From Candidatus Nanohaloarchaea archaeon (lineage in GTDB: Archaea; EX4484-52; GLR71): 42,074 nt of DNA. Location: NCBI GenBank assembly GCA_013138765.1, contig WTCB01000067.1:1-42074 (forward strand), read 5' to 3'. Position numbers and translations under genes: made by a program. Position 1 is the stretch's first letter, and each line of letters begins with the position of its first letter. Positions 15,001 through 21,000 of the stretch are shown one piece after another. The notes under the pieces were generated by a model that saw nothing but the letters and a program-made list of their open reading frames with translations, had not been told where the DNA came from and did not search any database.

Positions 15001-18000
15001 ATTCAACAAGACAATATTATGATTATGGATTTAATACTACTGATGTGCTTGTGTATGGATTTAGTGAAATATCAAAAATATTACCATTGAACCTCTCAAG
15101 CTATCTTGCAGGATATGATGTGCCGGTACAGTGTATTGTAATTGATGCAAATACAACTGAGAATCTTACTGATTATAATGTGAGCTTCTATAAGAATGAT
15201 GTGTTCCAGAGCTCAAATCTGACCGATTTAAATGGGACTGCTTTATGGATGTGGGTCACTGATTCAGAGCCATATGGTTGGTATAATATCAGCTGTAAAA
15301 TATCAAATGATGATACTTTGTATTATACGCCTGCAGTATCTTATGCAAATACAACTGTTAGGGTCAACAGGACATTGATGATACAAAGCATAGTGCTCTC
15401 TAATCCTGATATCTATAGAAATGATTCATTTACACCTTATGATACAAACATAACTGTTAACATATATGATGCATTGTTCGGTCCTGCAGATAATGCAGAT
15501 GTATGGTTCTATAATTCAACAGGATTTATGGATAATTGTACAACTGATGCATTTGGTAATTGCCATATTGGATATAATGCACCAGATAATATTACACCTC
15601 AAGGGTATGCTGTTTATGTAAATGCTACAAAGGCAGGGCTTGAAAATTCAACTACAGACAATACAACAATCGGTGTCTATGGATTATTGTATATAAATAT
15701 AACTGGACCTGCTGATGACAGTTCTTGGAGTAAGGCGATAACATTAAATCTTTCTTCTTATATTGAAAATGAGAATGGCTATATAGACACTGCAACTGTT
15801 GATTGGTATATCGATTCTGGTTTTGTTGCAACAGGACAGAATACTACATATCCATTAGTATCGCAGATGCCTGGGCCAAAAACATTGCAATCAAATGCTA
15901 CAAGACCCTATTATGTAACAGGTACTGATAATATCTCATTGAACATAAATGGTCTTGTTGATGTGATGTGGTGGTTCCCTCTCAATGGTTCCAAACAGGC
16001 ATATCCCGGGTCTTTTGATGTACAGTGTCTTGTGAAAGATAATACTTCAGGGTTGTCTGTGGAGGGGTATGCAGTTGATTTCTGGTATCTTAATGATTCA
16101 AGTTATGTATATAATGGGACATATGCAACAAATGAATTAGGTCTTGCCGGGTTCACATGGTATCCTGAATCAAAAGGTGTTTTAGATTTCAAGTGTAACA
16201 TTACTGATAATGCTACTGTGTTTTATTCGCCAAATATTGGAGAAGCGTTCGCTACAATAATAATAGAAGATATAAATCCGCCTGCGATAACTAATATCAG
16301 CATAATTCCAAACAAAACGATTGAAGCAAATCTGAATTATACAAACATAACCGCTGTTGTCACTGATGATATTTTAGTGTACTCAGTCATTGCAAGCATT
16401 ACGCTTCCGAATGGTACAGTTGTCAATGAGACTATGAATAATATATTCAATGATACTTACCGTGTTGAATATCTGTCACCAATCGGAGGAAATTATTCTG
16501 TCGATATTGTCGCAAGCGATTCGCCGCCAGAGAATAATACAAATGCGGTATATGCCGGAAATATTTCAGTATGGGGTAAGGCTGATATGGTCGGGGAAAG
16601 GACAGATGAATATGTCGCTTTCGGTATCACTCAGGTGTCCGGAGAATCGTTTATGTTGACAGTCAATGCGACAAATAATGGTCCAGCCAATGCTTATGAT
16701 GTGTCTATAACTGTTACTGAGGACCCAATCGGTACTGTGACTTATAATACTACAAATTATGATTGCGGTAATCTGAGCGTGGGAGAGATGTGTTCAAGGG
16801 ATTTCCTTGTTACAGTACCTCCAAAGACTGCACCGCAACTCATAACAGTCTACAGTACAATCTGGTGGGACAATCCTGACAAGACACCTAACTCGACAGT
16901 CGGTATAACTTTGATTGATGTTGCATCAAATCCTGTAATTGATATTCTTGAAGCATTCATTCAGAATCAGACTGTGCATGGTGAAACTACAACTATCGGA
17001 ACATTGACAGTCAGTTCTGCGGGTAATGATTATGTAGATAATATTGTATTGGATAAAGTTGGAGATACGCTTGCTCTTTCCTGTCCATTATGTAACCTGA
17101 CAATATCAAAGTCAACTGAAGAGACTTTGCCTGCGGGTGATTATTTTATTTCTGAAATATCAATAGACATCCCCTATGGACAGAGTGCGGGTGATTATTG
17201 GACTTATGTATCTGCTAAATCAGACAATGCACCTCAAGATTTGGTCATTGTAAATGCTACTGTACCTCTTGATGTAACTTGGGAGCGGGTGCCAACTACA
17301 TTTGGGACTATTTTAGCTCTTGTAAATACAGATACTACACTTATAGGTACAATTACTGCAAAGAATAACGGTAATTCTGAAAGGAACATGATAGTCCAAT
17401 CAGGCGGTAATGGTTCATTGTTTGTTACGAAGTCGCCGGGGTCATTTACGATGGGCATAGGTGTGTCTGCAAATGTTACAATCAATTATTCAATTCCTGC
17501 CTTAACAACGCAAGGTATGTATTATGTACAAGTACATATACGAGATTCAACGGCCGACCCTGCGGATGGGATTACTGACTTTTGGTTAAATGTGACTGAT
17601 CTGCCACCGGTAATATCTAATTTGTCTATTGTTCCATTAGGCTATGAACCGGATGTTGGCCATTCAAATATAACTGCGCAAGTGACAGACAATGTTTTGG
17701 TTTCACAGGTATGGCTGAATTCGACAAAACCAAATGGTTCTGAGTTTATAGACTATTTTACTTTAAACGGAAGTGATGCATATCTTAATTACAGTGAGAA
17801 TGAGATAGGAGTACATAAGGTTAAGATATGCGCAAATGATACGGCCAACCTTATCAGCTGCACTCAGGCGTATAACATAAGTGTAATGGTCAATACAACA
17901 GTTGTTACAGAGACAAACATAACTAATGTTACAATTTATGGTGTCTTGTTTGATTCTGGCCTTAATGTAACATTTAATTTCACAACATTCAATGCTGGAT

Positions 18001-21000
18001 ATTCGAGAGCTCTTGAGGTTAATACAACAGCTGCATATCCCGCTTTATGGAATGTGTCGCCATCACAATGGAGTATGGGCGACATAATCAACACACCATA
18101 TACCGGTGAGGCAGTCTTGTCTATACCTAAAGATGTGATTGGTGTATATTATATTAATTTCACATCAAACTGGACAAATTATGATGGTACAAATGATACA
18201 CTTATGACACCTATCAAAATAGTTATAGGTTCTAATCCGGAGCTTAATGTGACTGATGGACCAGCATTGCTTGTGATTGAAAGCGGTAAATCTGCAAGCC
18301 AGAATTTGACGCTTGAGTCAATCGGTAATGATAATGCATCGGATATACAGTTCAATTGTACAGGCGGGATTGCTTGTGCGGATTTCAATGCGTCTTTTGA
18401 TCCAGCAACAATCATGACACTCAATAAAAGTGATAGTGCCAATTTCACAATCAATATTTCTGTTCCTATAGGTTATTCGACAGGTGTATATGATGGGATA
18501 TTTAATGTCTATACAGCTAAGACAAATACATCTGTGAACATTACGGTCGTAATACCTGCTAATCTGACATGGGCACATAATCCAATCATAATATCAAAAG
18601 ATGTCGTTGCAAACACTACAGGTAATTTTGGTTCGGTCCGGGTATCTAACATAGGTAATTTACCATTAGGAGTTTCTGCAAGCGTTACAAATACAACATT
18701 GTTTGCAGTAAATTCTAGTTGGGTTGATTTACCTGTCGGGAATCATTCAGATGCCATGATCAATTATACAGCACCAGAATTATTCAGCCTTAATACTTAT
18801 ACTGCATATTTCCGTACGACTAACATGACAGCATTACCATCAACTCGAGAAACATTATTGAACATAACAATACATCCGTTGTATCTAGACATCCTTTCAC
18901 CTACGTCAATATCTCCAGTGCTGAACGTTTCAGAAGGAAAGAACCTAACTGCTGCATTTAATCTTACTTATGCGTCTGTGCCTTTATCTGATAATGTTAC
19001 ATGGCAGATAAATTTGACCAATGACGGTCTATCACATTTGGTAAACATAACAGATATCAATTATTCTGTCGTATCTAATCTTTGGACAATCAATTTCACT
19101 GCGCCGGATATTCTTGCAGGTGTGGGTTATGATCTGGTGGCCAATGTATTTGATGTGTTAAATAACATCAATGTAATCGCAGCTGAAAAAGATGCAGTCA
19201 TATATGTAGATACTATACCACCAGAGCTTTCAGTAGATATGGTGTCCAGCATAATCAATGGCAGTGCTGTGCCAATATATGTGAATACAACTGATGTTGG
19301 AGGGATGGATTATCTATTGATTGAGATAACAATGCCAAATGGAACTGTGGTCTCATACAATGCAACTCTTATAAGTTCTGTCGGCAATGATTATTTCTAT
19401 AATCTCGACTTTACTGAGACTGCACTTTTAGGTCCATATCCAGCTGTCATAAGTGCATATGATCTTTCAGGTAATGTAAACACAACAAATGCAACATTTG
19501 ATTCGTATCTTCCTACATATTTCAGCGGTTATGCGTATGATCTTGAGAGTGTTGATAATGAGACAGCGGTACCTTTAGAGTTTAATATGTATAAGAACAA
19601 TGTTTTCGAATTGATGCATAATATCAATTCTGATAATGTCACCGGGCTTTATAACGAAAGTGTTTATGTCAGGTTATATGATGTAAGTGTTGATGTATTG
19701 AATGTTACTTTAAACTTCAATGATTTCAGCATGCCTCCCGGCGGTATTTTCAATCCAGTCGTCTTTGGTGATATCCCAGTTTCATTAATTGGTGCGGGAC
19801 CTAAGAAGGCGATATATCTTGATAATGCTATGGATACGAACCCAAATATTATATTTGATTATTCGCCATATGATGATGTGGCTGTAAGTGACCTTGCGGT
19901 GTACCAGTGTGACAATTGGACCATAAAGACAGGATGCGTCAATCAGTGGATAAGAAAGAATGCATCAGTTGATACTTTCTCAAGAACGGTTTCATTTAAT
20001 GCTACAAGTGTGACCGGGGCATATGCGTTAGCACAATATCTCTGCGGGAATAATGTGTGTGAAGCTGATTATGGTGAATCTAACTCAATATGTCCAACTG
20101 ATTGTGTTATAGATGTGCCATCATTCCCACCTATGCCTGCAGTACCAACATCTGGTGGCGGCGGCGGTGCTGGCGATGGTGCAAGTTCCGGTGAAGGTGT
20201 AGGCGCTGGAGACGGTGGTGCTGGTGGAGAAGGTGATTTAACGCCTGAGACTGTAGATGAGGAAGTAGTGCCTATCGAAATAAAATCAACATTGCTTTAT
20301 ATTACGCTTGCTCCGGGCGAGAAATCAATACATTCAATTGAAATCAAGAATAATCAGGATAAAAGAGTAACATCACAGTTAAGTGTAGATGGGTTGATAT
20401 GGGATCTTATTCAGCTTGAGAAAACTGAGATAACGGTTGATAAAAAATCAACAGAGAATGTAAAGATTTCAGCATATGCGTTACCTTCTACAATGCCTGG
20501 GATATATACTGGGGACATTGTCGTAAAGACAGGGACTATGATATATAGGACTCCTGTTACTGTAAAGGTTGAAGTCAAAAAAGAAGCATTGCTGGATGTC
20601 ATAATTGAGACTTTGTCAGATATAGTCAAGCCGGGCGATGAAGTAAAGATTATGGTCACCGTCAAGAACATGGGAGAAACTGAAACTGTTGAAGATATAA
20701 TATTGGAGTATGTAATTAAGAATCTTTATGATGACACTGTCCTTACAACTTATACTGAGACACTTGCAGTCAATCAGTCATTGTCTTATATAAAATCATT
20801 AGAGATTCCAAATATCACTAAAGAAGACCGTTATGTAATCAATGTAAATGCTAAATATGCAAATGGTGATAAATTTGCAACGTCTGCGGCAGTCATTGAT
20901 GTAAGTACAAAACCATGGCCTATCGTAATACTTCTTCGGCTGTCTAAGAGCTGGGTAACTTATGTCATATTGTTGATAGTGTTGCCTGGTCTTTATTTTG

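Larger units (their letters stand above)
243..15060 (+). repeat. About 15 tandem coding modules of ~1 kb (~330 aa). Each has three subdomains: (A) a 'GGWGE.F.F.V.V.D.D.D.V.V.LW' domain, (B) a 'DD..I.Y..G....V.R.G...FWVT.DG..YD.G...T...GY..Y.F.PDC.Y..G.Q.W.GG....CY' domain, and (C) a 'N.T.R.N.T.DC.......V.F......C......GYYNCT' domain.
   Basis: The conserved Trp codon of the G-W-G motif recurs in frame at 315, 1287, 2286, 3270, 4251, 5283, 6267, 7221, 8235, 9204, 10212, 11226, 12195, 13191 and 14184, with spacings of 954-1032 nt. nt 3-242 is the C-subdomain of a further module that begins upstream. Confidence 0.85.

Noticed and set aside
243-15060. The periodic repeats as a CRISPR array or a non-coding satellite
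   Set aside because: The period is ~1 kb, not 25-40 bp repeats with spacers. The repeats are in frame, diverged mainly at synonymous and conservative positions, and encode folded-domain-like sequence. No cas genes are present.
822-20671. About 20 short minus-strand and out-of-frame plus-strand ORFs (60-104 aa) nested inside the giant gene, for example 822-1070(-), 1275-1589(-), 5174-5488(-), 11111-11362(-), 2104-2352(+), 10858-11094(+) and 18179-18454(-)
   Set aside because: All lie wholly inside a 22-kb ORF with strong periodic protein-level conservation. Their translations are low-complexity or Cys/Ile/His-rich, with no motifs, no start context and no conservation between repeat copies.
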